From assembly GCF_009914755.1 (NCBI RefSeq), contig NC_060932.1: a stretch of DNA of 64,000 nucleotides; one strand, written 5' to 3'. Position numbers and translations under genes: made by a program. The notes beneath the pieces were generated by a model. That model did not search any database. It had not been told where the DNA came from and worked only from the letters and a program-made list of their open reading frames with translations. Shown piece by piece: positions 12,228-29,000 of this stretch (the first letter of the stretch is position 1; every line of letters begins with the position of its first letter). Origin of the DNA: the human T2T-CHM13v2.0 reference genome, Homo sapiens.

Positions 12228-13229
12228 GTCATTAATTTTAAACATATATGGGCAGTTACAGAGAATCTTTACTGAAACCTTAAATTTGTATGCAGAACTA
12301 TTTAGACTAGTTTTTAAAAATGAAGACCTTTTACATAAGTGAACCCTGTGAATCCTCCAAAAAGCCTTGTGAAGTAGGTAAGAAGAATGCTATTAGCACC
12401 AATTTACACTTATGGAAATATTTATAGTCCAGTCAACTAGTAACTTTTGGTGCAGAAATTCAAGTGGGGGAAGCCTGTCTGCAAATTTAGTTCTTTTCCT
12501 GCCACCACATGGTGCCACCATGGCAAGAAGGTCTGGTGTAACTGAGAGATGAGGCCATTTAGAGGGGAATTGTCATGGAGCCTCAGGCTGGGCTGAGTCC
12601 AAGTCTAAAAGGATAATTTGGGTGATTGGAGGGGGCTAGAGAGAGAGGATTGAAGAGGGCTGGTAGTGAAGACAGTGATTGGAAAGGGCCAGTGAGTTCT
12701 CAGGGAATTTGGTTCTGGTTCAGGCTCACTTATCCCTCCAGAGAGAGTGACCTTGACCTGGTGTGAGAGGTCAGAACACTGAGAGGGACTTTATAATTCA
12801 GAGAAAATAGAAATTGCACCCCTTGGGATATCTGCTTAGACCTAAAGGTAAGGGAAGCCAGGGACCTCCCACGTTGCTGCCAATGTCCTGAGCACAGCTT
12901 GGATGTACAGGTAAGAGACAGTAGCCCCTCACCCTTTATTCATGGCCCACTTTCACAGTGCTTTCCACAACCCACCCCCACCTCCCAGGGTACCTGAACA
13001 CACCCCCGTTTGCACTGCCTGTCTGAGTCCTGCTAACCTGCATCTGTTTTTGATCCTCACCAGCCAGACTTGCGGGCTGCCCCATGTGACACTGAAGTGC
13101 ATCCCATTCACATTTACTGCTCTAAGTACGGTTCACAACACTGGAAGCTCCTCTGCTGAAATCAGGTGACAGAGCTGCTGTGTTTAGCCGTCATGGTGTC
13201 AAAACTTACTTAGGAATTTCACATAAATA

Positions 13230-13700
13230 GCCAGCTCTGGCATAGACTCCTACTTTAGAACTCCAGTATCCATCCTTCTCTTCTTTCTTAGTTGAGCACA
13301 TGTCCACTTAGAACAAACATTACACTTTCCAGCCTCCCTTGCAGCTAGAAGTTGCAGCATGATTAAGTTCTAGATAATGAAATGAAATAAAAGTGAGGCA
13401 TAGAAGCTTCCAGGAAGTCAGGCTCTTTCTTTCCCCTTTTGCTTCCTGGTGTGCAGAATGAGGAGGTAATGGCTGGAGTTACCTCAGTCCATTGGGCCAT
13501 AAAGCAACTTCGAGAATGAAAGCCATGCCAAGATGAGCAACAAGTTAGAAGAAGCATGGGTCCCTAATTCCATAGAGTTTCATGAGTCTTGGACTATATA
13601 CCACAAACCTCTTTTTGTGGGAAAGAAATATACTTTACTTCATTTAAGTTGCTGTTTCAAATGATTACTCACAGCCAAAACTGATTCTTTTTCTTTTCAA
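13230..13700 (+). mobile_element. MLT1 (MaLR) LTR, degraded
   Basis: Typical MLT1 core ttccagcctcccttgcagctaga and 3' end tttaag...cagccaaaac. Confidence 0.55.
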
Positions 13701-14114
13701 GTCTGAGAAATTGAACAAAACTAATTCTAATTTGTATGCATATACTTCCATCTTTCAAAAAATTGGAAGATCGCTCACCCTTGGGGCCTTGGCTGCTTGG
13801 CCACATCTGGCTGGAGCTGATGAGTCTGCATTAGCTGGAGCTGGGAGGGTCTCCAGATTGTGATGGTCGCTACCACTCATTGTGGCTTACACATGGTAAC
13901 CTCCCCATTTCTGTTACCTGCCAGAACCCAGAGACATTTGAGCTTGTAACTCCTGCTCCACTGTATGTTCCCAAACATGTTGTTTTTACACTCTTTTCAG
14001 GAGTCATTGAGATATACAAGGCCCTTTTCTCCTGTTTCACCAGTCTGGGAAGTGGCCAATCTCAGGAGAATTTTCTGAGCAAATTATGAATATTACCTAA
14101 TATTTAAAATCATG

Positions 14115-15380
14115 CATTCACTTGCTCATTTATTTAATCCAAATGTATTTACTGAGACTCTTCAATGTGCCAGAAGTTGGGATGTGGTGAGAGATACAAC
14201 ATATCTGGTCCCTACCCTCACGGAGATGGCAAAATAGTAGAGGAAACAGAAAATAACGACATAAAGAAATAAGTCATTACAGTAACTTAAGATGGGGATA
14301 AATGCTGAAAAGAATGTTAATAGGAGAATGAGCTGGACGGAAGCAGGAAGGGAGCAGGAGACCATTTAGGAGGCTACAGCTATAGTCCTGGGAAGAGATG
14401 TCAGTGCAAGGAATAGGGTAATGGTTGCAAAGACGGATGAAAATAGGTGGATGCTGAGAACATTTTGGAAATGGAAACATTGGGACTTGCTGATGGACTG
14501 GGTGTAGAAAGTGAAGTCAAGGGAGAAATCAGGGTGATTCCTAAGTTTTTTGGTTTGAGCAACAGGGTTTTTGGCAAGATAGGGGAAAACAGGGTGGGAA
14601 AAGTTTTTTTTGGGGAGGCAGTGAAAATCAAAAAGAACCATTTTGGACCCATTAAGTATGAAATAACCAAGGGGAGGTGTCCAGTAGGGAATTGGATGTA
14701 CGAGTCTAAAGTTCAAGGAATTGGTCAAGGGTAGAGCTGTGCATTTGGGGGTCATCAACACATGGAAGATATTTAATGGCACAGGAGTTAGTTCACCTGA
14801 TGAGAAGCTACTGAGGAAAGTCTAGGGCTGTGCCGGGAGACACCCCAACATTCAGGGAGTTGGTGGTGGAGGAAGAGTCAGCAGAGGGTACTGAGAAGTG
14901 CTGAGGCAGTTAGGAAGAAAACAGGGAGCTCACTTACTGAAGCCAACACTAAAAAAAAATGTTTCATGAAGGGAGAAATGGTCAGTCACGGTGAATGCTG
15001 CCAAAAGGTTAAATCACGTGAGAACAGAGATGTGACTCCAACTAGCACCATGAAGGTGACTGGTGATCTTAACAAGAACAATTCCAGCAGAGAGGTGGTC
15101 ATAGAGCCAGACTACAGAGGATGATGACGGGAGGGGTGGTGAGGAAGTGGAGGGAATGAAAAAAACTGTCTTTTGAGAAATGTTGCTATGAAACAAAGCA
15201 AAAAGAGGCCAGCAATTGGAGAAAGAGACGGGTCAAGAAGAAGTTGTAAAACGTGGGACATACTAGAGTATGTTTCTCAACAATTGCAAGGATTCCTTAG
15301 GGTGAGGTTGAAGCTGGAAGGGTAGGGGCATTATCCACGGAGTAAAAAAGTCCTTGAGGAAGTGAGAAGAGAACAGATCC
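14115..15380 (-). mobile_element. L2 fragment
   Basis: cattcacttgctcatt tail, then L2-like purine-rich sequence (ggaggctacagctatagtcctg, tgggggtcatcaacacat). Confidence 0.7.
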
Positions 15381-15784
15381 AGAGCGCAGGTAACCACATT
15401 GAAATTTAAAACCTCTGTATGATAAACATTCACATAAAGATGAATAATAGTCTATTAGAAGATATCTACAGCCCATGTATCAAAGAGTTAGTATAGTGAT
15501 ATACATTAAGAAAAATGAGAATTTCATAAGCAAAAGACAAATGACCAAGAGAAAATAACATGAACAGGCAGGAGGAAAGTTGAATGGCCAAGAAAAATAC
15601 AAAAAATCCTCAGTGTCATCAGTAATTAGGCAAATTTGGGTTAAAAAAAGAGATGCCACTTTTTAACCTATCTGATTAGCAAAGTTTTTAAAATGTGATA
15701 ATATCAGTGTTGGGAAGGGTGTGGGAAAGAAGTAATGTCAGACACTGCTGGTTGAAATAGAATTAGTGATACTATGTTGGATGG

Positions 15785-16611
<827 letters not shown>

Positions 16612-16689
16612 ATGTCAACTTAGCCAACTTATTCAAATTTAAAATGTGTATATTCTTTGGCCAAACAATTCCATTTTTAAATATATACC

Positions 16690-17074
16690 TGTCAAGGACT
16701 GAACTGTGTCCCCGCCAAATTCAAATTCATATGTTGAAGTCCTAACCCCCAATACCTGAGAATGTGACTGACTGTATTTGTAAATAGTGTCTTTCAAGAG
16801 GTAAGTAAGGTAAAATAAGGTCATTTGGATGGGTCATAATTCAATATGACCAGTGTTCTTATAAGATTAGAAGATTAGGACAGGCACACACAGAGGGAAG
16901 ACCATATGAAGACAAAAGAGAAAATGATCACCTACAAACCGAGGAGAGAGGCCTCAGAAGAAACCAACCTTGCCTCAGACTTCTAGCCTCTAGGACTATG
17001 AGAAAATAAATTTTTGTTTTTCAAGCCCACCGGCCTGCAATATTTTGTTATGGCAATCCTAGCAATCTAATACA
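16690..17074 (+). mobile_element. MLT1A/B solo LTR
   Basis: TGT...AATACA termini with 5-bp TSD ATACC. Confidence 0.85.
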
Positions 17075-18980
17075 ATACCCTAGAAAAATATCTGCACGTT
17101 TTTATGAGGCAGATATTTGTGGGACAGGACTCAGACTTGTAGAACTTGATTCAAAGGAATCAGAATGGCAGAGGACAAAAGAGCACAGGACTACAGCAGA
17201 CACCACTGGCTCTACCTTCCCTTCAACCCCTTTACTGCACCCATGCTGACTTCTAACTGAGGCACCCGCTGTCTGTGGCCTGAAGTCTTTATCTCACCAC
17301 TCCCATGGCAGGAGTTGCCAGGGCATTGGCGCTATTGATGCTTATTCATTCCTATCCTCATCCCAGCACCTGTCAATCAGTCAATGACTGATGAGAGCTC
17401 CTTCAACCTTGGGTGGGGTAATGCTGAGATACGTATTTTACGCAAGCTCCTAGAGTTTTCCCAGGTGTATTAAGTTCCAGTTACCCAGCAGGTAGCTGGT
17501 TTAATAATGCATTCCTTTACTGGATGCTTCCTTGATCAATCTCCAGGGTAGAGTCATTGTTGTAGTTGCAGGCTTCTATATAAACAGCATCATCTCTCTT
17601 GTCTTTCTTTTTTATTATCATAGTCAAACATCATCTTTTCCACAACTTGGTTTCCACCAGTAGATAGTCCTCCACTTCCTCCCTAGCATGAGATATACAT
17701 CCCACTGCCACTGGTCTATAAATGTTCTGTTTATGTATATTGTACCACAATAAAAGATGTTAAGACCAATAAATAAGTAAATAAGTGTTCTGTTTTGCTA
17801 CAGAGGGAATCTCTGATTTATCCCAGATATAAGAAGTTACTTGGAAAGGAGCCCCAAGAGATATCTTAACAGAAGTCACAAACTACATGCTTTCAGGGGA
17901 CAGGCAGGTGATATAAAGGGATGCTGTAGGGCATTGTGAGTAGTAGGAGCTGGGATGAGAAGGAAAATGCATACACACTTAAGAGCACCACACAGTGAGC
18001 CTGTCACTCTCCCTGATGAAGAAAGATATTTGCAATAGCTGACTCAACTAAAAATTGTTAAGATGGCACTTCAGGAAATGTGGTGCCCAGTACAGATTTA
18101 CTGACTAATTGAGATTTCATAATCAGTAGTTGCTTGGGATGCCAGAAACGTCTTCCACTGTCAGTGAGCCCTCTGCTCCATAGCTCCACTTCATCACTTT
18201 GCATTTCCTTCTCAGGCCTCTACCATCTCACTTCTGATTCCACTACTCCAACTGAAACTACACTCTAGGGTCACGAATACTCTAATTGCCAAAGTCAATG
18301 ACACCATCTAAGTCCTCATCCTGCTGGACCTCTCTGCATCTGTTAAAATAAATTTTCATTTTTAAAGCCCACTGTTCTGTGGTATTTTCTTAGGGCAGCC
18401 CTAGGATGGGTTTCCTCAAAGTTTTGTCAACTTTTGCATTTGGAAATGCTACCCTGCTTTTGGTCACCCCCGTCTTTCTGATTCTACTCTTTGTCAGTCT
18501 CCTTTGCTGATTCCTCTTCCTCTGCCTGTCCCTTAATTTCTGGTATTCCTCAAGGTTCCCTTTTCAACCTTTCCTCTTCAGACTCTACCCAGTTTTCCTT
18601 AACAAGTTCATCTGATCCCATGGCCTCAACAATTTAGATGCTATTTCCACTCTATCCCAAGCTCCTATGCCATATTTCCAAATGACCATTGCACACCTCC
18701 CCTTGGATGGCCTGTGTGGCAGGGATTTTGTACCTATTCCCTAAAGCCCATTCTCTTCCTTCCTAGGAACCCAGCTTGGCTATATTTCCCAAGTTCCCTT
18801 GCAGTGAGCTCCCAAATTATTTCAGCAATATTTGATTCTTCTTAAATTACTTCAAAATGTCTCACAATTTGAATTGTTATGGTCTCTCATGGGAGACCAT
18901 AAAAACCAGCAGCAGAAAAATTTATGCTTAATTCTCTTGGGAATGTGCATGTGATGTGATTAGACAATGGCTCACCCAGG

Positions 18981-19012
<32 letters not shown>

Positions 19013-19612
19013 TAGCTCAGCATAGAGCTAAGGCTAGGAGTACTTAAGCCAGAGGGAGCTTTGCAATTTCAGTTTCTTAGATGGGTGTTCTCCAGGTAGA
19101 GCTCCACCTTAAAAGGAAAAGGGGTAAATGATAGTGCCCTTTCTGAGCCAAATAGACTTTTTCATAACATTGTCATGTGCTTGGAAGATAGCTGAAAATT
19201 TGTTTGCCTTTTAAATTTGATTCCATTATCCAGAGACTCCCTCCCTCTGTTCTAATAAATACATCAGCTATGGGATGGCCTGTGAAGCAAGGTATGGCAG
19301 CCAGCCTTCACAGGCTTCAGGTACAGAAGACCAATCCTAACTGGATGTTTCATGGCTCTGTGCCTTGGGGCAAATTGTGGAGTCTCTCAGGGCTTACCTC
19401 CATCAATGAAAATAATACCATATTTTTGAGGGTGTATTGTGAAGATAAAGGGAGATAACAAATGTGGATAACATGGTGTCTGCCACCTGATCATAATTAT
19501 CGCCATGCGTCGATACTATACTAGATGCTTCGCACACTATCTCATCAATCATACAGTCCTGCCAGGTAAGGCTTCTCAGCTCCCACTTTACAGATGAGGA
19601 AATGGAGACTTA

Positions 19613-19940
<328 letters not shown>

Positions 19941-20507
19941 ACAGCTAGTAAATTGCAGAGTTGGGATTTGAACCCATGTCTGCCTGTCTATGAAAACCCA
20001 TGTTCTGTCTGTTAAACCATGAGTAAGTGCTCCATAAATATTCATTTCCTTTTTGTCACTGTGCAAGTAACTTCACAGCCCTTTGTATAGCATCACATCT
20101 TGGCACTTCCAAGTTGTCAGTGCCTCTCTAGGATCAATTATAGCACCCTAGACACAATTATGCAAAATTTCAGCTTTGTTTCTTTTTTTTCTTAACAGTA
20201 ATAAAGCAGTAGCAGTCTTTCCAGTTGTGCCACAATATTAAAATTCATTTGAAGATAATACTAATAAATTTGTTTTTTTTTCTAAAACATATTACAAATC
20301 TAAGCATTATCTAGGTACCATAGTAATCACTTTTTCCTCTTCCTTCTTGAATAGGAAAGTGAAGGCCTGAGCTAGCTGAGTCCCCAAAGAGAAAGGAAAT
20401 GCAAATATAGGAGGTATACAATGTCTTGTACTCATTGGCCTCTTAACTATTGCTTGTGGAAAGCAACAAATATAATTATTTTCTAGTTTTAAAAAATAAC
20501 AGGTGGA

Positions 20508-21022
<515 letters not shown>

Positions 21023-21954
21023 CTCAGCAGAGCACAGATGGAATTCATGTCTCAAAAATTCCATAAGGCAGCCTTAAGTCAGACTTCCTGGGTTGAATGC
21101 CAGCTACACCACCTACTAGGTTTGTAACCTTGGCAAGTCATTTCAGTTCCCCATGTTCCCTTTTGCCCATTTAGAAAATGAGGCTCAAAATATCTCATGA
21201 TATCGGGAGGATTTAGTAAGGATATATTGATAAAGCACTTAGCACAGTCTCTAGCATAGGAAGGTAAACACAAGGTTATTATTGTTGAACTGTGATTCAG
21301 CCCTGAAATTTTCAGGACATGAGCAAGCCTGGCATAGAAAATTCAGCTCTCAAGGGTAAATGTACCAGAAGGCTGGCCCTTTATTTAAGTACTTTGTTCT
21401 CATCCACCACAAAATGAACCTGTTTTCAAGATAAGCACTTCTTGTCTAACACAAAATGGACCTTAGACATCCCTGGGGTGAGGAAAGTAATATCTTCAAG
21501 AAACCATCCTAAGGAGCATGTACTTGTTGGTTCTGGGAAGAAGCACTGACTCCAGATAATGTAGAGGAAGAAATCTCTTTAGTTGGTTTGGGCTCTAGGA
21601 ACTTTATGATGTCCCTTTAAACTTGACATCTTTCATTTGCAGACTCTTTGGCGGGTAGTTTTCCCCAAACTGGTAATCGGCAAGTGAGACATGACTTTGG
21701 ATGTAAAGATGTGATTTGTTAGGAGTTGTAGGGCAGTGAATTTGGGGCTTTCACATCTTTCCTTTGTACAGATAAACTGCCTAAAAGTTAGCATCAAATA
21801 TACAATGTTGTTCTCCAGGCAGACATAATACTCATACCCAGCAGTGTGACAAGGCCAGCAACACTCCCTGTAGATCCAGGAAAGACCCAAGTAAATATGT
21901 ATATTCAAATACATCAATTGAGTGGGCAAAGAAAGTTAAATTAAATCCCTTTAA

Positions 21955-22389
<435 letters not shown>

Positions 22390-22595
22390 CTAACTACTGT
22401 TAGCAGAAGTAGATGGATTTGGGATACATTTTAGAGGTTGAACTGACAGAACTTGCTGTTTTGGCCTGGAATTGTTACAGAGAGCAGATGAGAAAATCAA
22501 AGAGGATTCCTAGATATTTGGTTGATGTCATTTTGTGGGAAATAGAAGGTATGGGGAAGAATAGGTTTGGGAGAGAAAATCAACAGTTCTCTTTG

Positions 22596-22884
22596 GGCCT
22601 AGGCACAGTGGCTCATGCCTATAATCCCAACACTTTGGGAGGCCGAGGCAGATGGCTCGAGACCAGCCTGGGCAACATGGTGAAACCCTGTCTCTACAAA
22701 AAACAGAAAAGGAAAAATTAGCTGGGTGTGGTGGCATGCACCTATGGTCCCAGCTACTTGAGAGGCTGAGGTAGGAGGATCACCTGAGCCCAGGAATTTG
22801 AGGCTGCAGTGAGCCATGATCATGACACTGCACTCCAACCCAGGTGACAGAGTGAGACCCTATCTCAAAAAACAAACAAAAAAG
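22596..22884 (+). mobile_element. AluJ with a small left-arm deletion, inside L2
   Basis: Alu dimer lacking part of the left arm near 22655. Confidence 0.9.
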
Positions 22885-24044
22885 AGTTCTGTTTGGGCAT
22901 GAAAGTGTTTAATGTTTATTGGACATTTGGGTGGAGATGTCGAGTAGGCAGTTGGAAATTCAAGTCTGTAGCTTAGGGATGAGAGCAGGTGGTCTCTCAG
23001 CAGTCATTGGCAATACATGATTCGTGGGACTGCAAGAGCTCATCACGGGAGAGAATATAAAGAAGCCCTTTCCCCTCATTCTGTAGATGAGGGAACTATG
23101 CTCAGAATAGACGTATCTGTTTTCACAGTGAATCAGCAATAGAATCAGGATTAGAATCCAAATCTAATACCACTGAGGGATTCCAAGGTGCAGGACTTGC
23201 AGTGCTAAAACCATGGAAGTTCCAGGCAGCCAAGGAGGGTTGATCACCCTATTCCTAGGCCAGTGATCACCTAACCATTTTCTCCTTTGGCAACCTGGAA
23301 GTGATTGATTGCTGTGAGTGCTTTATTTATTCTTGTTTTCAAGAGAAGATTGTTTTCATTCTTTTCTATGTCAATGAAATATTATGTTCATTTGGAAGAA
23401 GACTTAGCTTTTTCGGAGAGGAAATTACAAAGTGGTAATTACCATGTTTTCTTGCTCCTCCTGGAATAATCAGAGCAAGAAAGACAATATTTTTGATGGT
23501 GGCACATGATTAACTCTCAAGACAAAGCTGAAATCTCAGCTGGAGGGAGAGGGGCAGGAGAGAATAAAGTGCCTCAAACTGAGCTCAGCATCTCCCTGAA
23601 CTCAGCCACTCCTCCTGACTCTTCTGTTTATGTTGCTATCACATCTTTTCTCTCCCCTTTATCTCTCCCTTCCTGATACCACTCCAGTTTCTTAGCTCTA
23701 TAAATTTGTCCTCATCAACGTGCCTTGCATCTGACATTCAATGACCCACTATACACAAAATTGCTCAAAACAGAAACTCTGGAGTCACCCTTGACCTTCC
23801 TTTCTCCCTCTCTGATGGAATCTTTTCTCCCACACTTCCCAAATGCCTTTTATACCTGTCTTTTCCTCTCATGTCTCACAACCACCACCTTAGCACAGGC
23901 CACCAAAACCCCTGGATTTCTATAGAAGTCTACTGCGTTCTTTATCTCCCACTTTGCCTCTAATCCAGGCTCCACACTGATGACAAAATTATCTTTTTAA
24001 AATGCAAATCTGATTATAGCACTTGCTGCCTTCATCATTAATGC

Positions 24045-24330
24045 TTTTTAAATTTTAAAATTTTTATTTATATATAATAGTTGTACATATTTTGGGAATG
24101 CCAGTGCTATTTTGATGCCTGTCTTCAATGTCTAATGATCAAATCAGGGTCACTGGAATATCCTTCACCTCAAACATTGATCTTTTCTTTGTGTTGGGAA
24201 CATTACAATTCTTCTCTTCCAGCTATTCTGAAATACACAATAAATTATTGTTAAATATAATATCCCTACTGTACTATCAAATATCAGGACCTATGCCTTT
24301 TCTCTAACTGTATTTTTGTACCTGTTAAGA
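24045..24330 (-). mobile_element. L1MA 3' end fragment
   Basis: Characteristic gttgtacatattttgg ... aatgatcaaatcagggt ... ttgtacctgttaa. Confidence 0.7.
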
Positions 24331-25637
24331 TTTAGACTTTACTAAGACTGGCTTCCTCCATATTTACTTCAAAATCTGGCTCCTTCCATCACTTCCAGTC
24401 AGTTTCTATATTCAGATCAGATCTTTTTGGATCCTCTCATTGGGAAGACGGGAGATCGTCTTATGTTTGAGGTTGCTTTGCTTGTGGCAGTGATTCAGTG
24501 CCTGAATGTAAAGGAAACATCTCTCATTCCTCTCAGCTGGGATCCCTACCTTCAGTCACCCTCGCTGCAGTTCAGCCTATCCTGCTGCGCAGCGAGAGGA
24601 GTGGCTGTGGTGTGCTGGGAGTATTGATCTTGGAGTCAAGAGACTCCAGTAGAATTCTAGCTCTGTCACTTTCAATCCGTCTGACTTTGGGCAAATCATT
24701 TAACTTGTCTGAACTTCATTTGCCTAATCTGTAAAATGAAGGCACTCCATAAATGTTAATTAAAACTGAAACTTCCTTGCTCTAAATTTTTAGTAACTCT
24801 CATTGCCAGACTTACCCAATTTCTCAGTCTGGCTGGTTTTCAAAACCCTCCCTCTGTCTGCAGCTTTAACCAACTTGCACATACTTTGTGCTACACACCA
24901 GGCTACTGGCAGCCCTCTGGACACCCATCACACTGTGCCTTAGGCAAAAATGTCCACTGGAGCATCCCTCTCGTCACTGTTGTCACACTCATTCACCTTC
25001 TGAGGTTCAGTTCCATTGCTACCTCATTCTGCAATGAAAGTTTTCTTAATCCCTCAACCAAATGTAATCTCTCCCTCTGCTAAATGCCCCGTCTCTCTAT
25101 ATATAGTTTATGGTACCAATCTATTCATGTTATAGAAGTTCCTGTGCTTGTCTAGTAAGTGATTAGGATCCTCCACTTTATTGTAAGGACCTTAGCATCA
25201 TAGGACACATTATGTTGAGCATTCTATGTCCTCAACAATTATTTATTAAAGTACTTATGGGACAAGGGCATTAGCAAAATCCATCATCTAAATGCCTAAT
25301 TAGGAATCTATTAATTCATTTGTTCACTTATCAAGCATTCACTGAGTGTTTTTTTAAGTCCTGGAGATTTATAGAGAATTTTAGACAGAGTTCCAACCTT
25401 GAACGATCTCATAACATAATCAGACAGCTAAAATATAATGTGATAAATACATAATAGGAAATCAGCAGATAAATAAACATGATTACAAATACTTTATTTT
25501 ATTGATTATAGTGAAATGCCTCAAAAAATTCCATTTTAGTCTTTGTAAAGTCCTACAGTTTAGATACACAAACCCATGCATGTCTGCTTAGGCAGAAGGA
25601 GCAGGGAATTACTATTTGTTGAATGCCTATTAGGTGC

Positions 25638-26028
25638 TGTATTAGTTCTTGTACTGCTATAAAGAATACCTGAGGCTGGGCAATTTATAAAGAAAAGAGG
25701 TTTAATTGGCTCATAGTTCCACAGGCTGTACAGGAGGCATGGCAGGGGAGGCCTCAGGAAACTTACAATCATGGCAGAAGGTGAACAGGAAGCAGGCACA
25801 TTGAACATTGCTGGAGCAGGAGGAAAAGTGGGGTGGGGAGGTGCCACACACTTTTAGACAACCAGATCTCACGAGAACTCTATCATGAGAACAGCTCTAG
25901 GGAGACAGTGATAAACCATTAGAAACCACCCCCATGATTCAATCACCTCCCACCAGGTCCCACCTCCAACATAACAGATTACATTTCAACATGAGATTTG
26001 GATGGGGATACAGATCCAAACCATATCC
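25638..26028 (-). mobile_element. MST (MaLR) solo LTR inside a MIR
   Basis: tgtattagt ... ccaaaccatatc with TSD GGTGC. Confidence 0.9.
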
Positions 26029-29000
26029 GGTGCCAAGCAATATATACACATTATTTCATTGTCAGAGGTATTGTGGGATATTGCTATAATCCCCACTTTA
26101 TAGCTGAGGAAACTTAGGTTAAGAATTGTCACATAACTTGTGTAAGGCCTTACAATTAGAAGTCCTGAGTCAGTTTTTAAACCCAGGACTCTTTGATATC
26201 AACTGGCCTGTGACATCAACTTTTTAGACGACAACCAGACAGCAACTTGAGGGCCTGCGGGTAGTCTGACCCAGGAACTTGAGCTACTGATTTGGAACTA
26301 CAGGAATTTGCTTCTTGGCCAGAAAACTTAGATATCAAAGGGACCAGGGATATTTGGCCAGGCTAAGATAAGATTTAGAGGAATCATTCAACCAGGAAAT
26401 ATGGTAAGATAGTCCAGGTGACAACTCAGGAAAGAACTGCCACTTCGAAGCCGGAACACAAAACCCTCTCCCTGAAGTTCTATCTTTGAAAACTTCACCT
26501 CTTTTGAAGCACCCTCCAAGGGAAAGGAGCCAAGGGCTGCTCCTGTTCTAAGTTTTATCTTCTAACCTCAGCTTCCACTCAGTCACCTCATTAGAACAAT
26601 GGAATGTGGTGAAACTGTAAGCACAGAATGATGAAGGTGGGAGTGCCGTCAGGAGGAACACCACGCTGTGATTTCCAACAATGTAGAAAAAGAAGCTAAC
26701 ATTCTCAAGACTTTGTGGAAAGATTAAGGAGACAGCTTTCTAGGGGGAAGAAATGCAATAATTCCTCTAACAGATGTGTTTGCCTCAAAATAGAAACAAA
26801 TTGTATTGTATAATGCGAAAATGCTTTCAAATATTTGTACAAAAAAAGTGAGGTGGTAAATAACAGACTTTGCTATTCTTCTGTCTTTACTCAAAGATCT
26901 CTAAATTCCACTAAAGTTATGTTTTCCACTGTAGAGGGCAGAGCTATGGCCAGACAAGGCTCCTTCTGCATTCAAATTGAAAAGTGGTGAGAACTGTGCT
27001 TATTTCTGCAGCTGGTGCTAATATCAGTCCATAGACTTAGGTGTTCAAGAAATGCAAAAATTTGAGTTTTATAACTCAAAATCTACCATAGTCTTCATTC
27101 TTCCAGGTGAAAGAAACTTAATCTCAGCCTATTTAGGGTTTCTGTTTTTCCTAAGAGTTATATCTTTGTACCAGGAATACCAAAAGGCTGGGGTGGGAGT
27201 GCACACGACAGACAGTATCCGGACATCTGTCCCTATCCATCCACACTGCCATCCACTGAGGTAGACTTTGGTCTGCATGATGACTCATTCCAGTCTGCAA
27301 GGTCCTTTCCTATCCAGTGGTTTTCTTACACTCTTGTAGGTGCACAGGAAACATTTTGTGGCTTCCAAGCCACACCAGGTCCAGGAAAGCAACCCCGTGC
27401 TTCTAAGACCCTATCTGCTTCCATGCAGTTTGGGGGCCTATGAAGTTATTCCATTGCCCTGTGCTATGCAGGGCTGCAATAGCCTCTGCTGTTCAGGCCC
27501 TTTAGCCAGGACCAACCACACTGCCCCTTCTCCATGGATATTTTCCCTCCCTTCTGGGGACTCACTTGGGAAAGCACTTCTAGTACCCTCACTGTCTTAC
27601 CCTAATCTTCCAAATCTATCTTGAGATTCTCTTGCTCTCCTCTCCCTCTCAGGACCACACATTTAAAACTCCAAAACCAAGCGGATAATCTGTGACTGGA
27701 AGGAGAGAGGGAGGTCACGGGGTAGCAGAAAGTATGAGGGGGAAGGACCAGGTAGGTCTTGTCTCAAAATGGCACTCACAGTTTTCTGTTTTGTTGTTGA
27801 GTCTAAATGATCCTCTCTCCCCAAAACAAACAAAAAATATGTTTTTTAAAATTTAAAGACATATTTCAAACTGTTTATAGCCCAATTCATTTAGCTTTGA
27901 TGATCTCTCCTATTTCTGACAGTTACAAATGCAAATGTTCTCTTTGGGAAATCAAATGTTACTTTGAGTTCCTGGGATGTTTATGCAGAGCTATCAGAGA
28001 GGGAGGCAGTTTATGACATGGGAACCCAAACTTAGCCAGGGGTAGGGGGGCACATTTTCCTCACACTCTAAGACAGGGCTAATAGCTATAATTTCACCTG
28101 CATTCCTGGATAGCAGCCCTTTCTTGCCCCAGGCTCTGGCACGATGCCTCCCAAGATAAGGGTCTGATAACAGACCTGGCTATACAGGAAAGCAAAGTAG
28201 GTCATCCTAGTTAAGTGATTTGAGGGCAATTACCTTCCATTTGAGGATGCTGCCTGCTCCAGGCATCTTCTTTACCAGCTCACTGTGGGCTCTCCCCTTC
28301 CTCTGGGGAAAATTTGTTTCATCAAGGTTATTTCTTTGTTTTAGAAAGCACAGATTTGAAGACACTGCCTTGACTCCATACAGACAGAAAGCCCTTCCAG
28401 GCGGCTTTTGATTTCTCCTGGTACCTGCAGACTGCAGGGCAACCAAAGGAACTGGGATGCTTGCAGAGTGTTCTCTATTCATTCACAGAGTCTTCCCATC
28501 TCTTTTCTCTCTTCTCCACAGCAAGTCCTCTTCTGAACCCTCATTGCCAAATATCTGCATGTTGTTATGGAGCTGTCTCAGCACGGGGTCTTTGACGCCT
28601 GTATCCTCACACCCTTAGAAGATCCTGAGAAAGGAAGATAACGTGAGAAACTTCAATGTCTTCCTGCCATAAGCAATGTCTTCCTGCAATCAGCTTCCAA
28701 CTGTATGCATCCAAAGGTGGTAGAATTTGTTAGCTCTTTTTTCCTTCTCAGCAAATTTTAGTTACAAGCTGGAGCATAATTTTCTTAGCTTTTATGAAGT
28801 CCTTCAGAACTATAGGTGTTGAAACAAAGTGCTGAAGATATTCTTCATTGGAAAACAATTTCTAACCCACTCCAGTTTCAAGAGGAGCCCTGGGAAACAC
28901 ACAAAAGACTGAAAATTCCCTTATTCACCTGCCAATTTCTCCATTTACTAAGGAGGTAACCTGGAGAAAATGGTTTGAGTCTTTGTGCTCAGTTCCTACT

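Larger units (their letters stand above)
10044..12245 (+). other. BAALC: BAALC 3' UTR (end approximate)
   Basis: Largely repeat-free sequence after the stop, with AATAAA at 10268, 11271 and 12222. Confidence 0.85.

Noticed and set aside
14366-14782. 138-aa ORF and overlapping ORFs
   Set aside because: They lie in a decayed L2 element.
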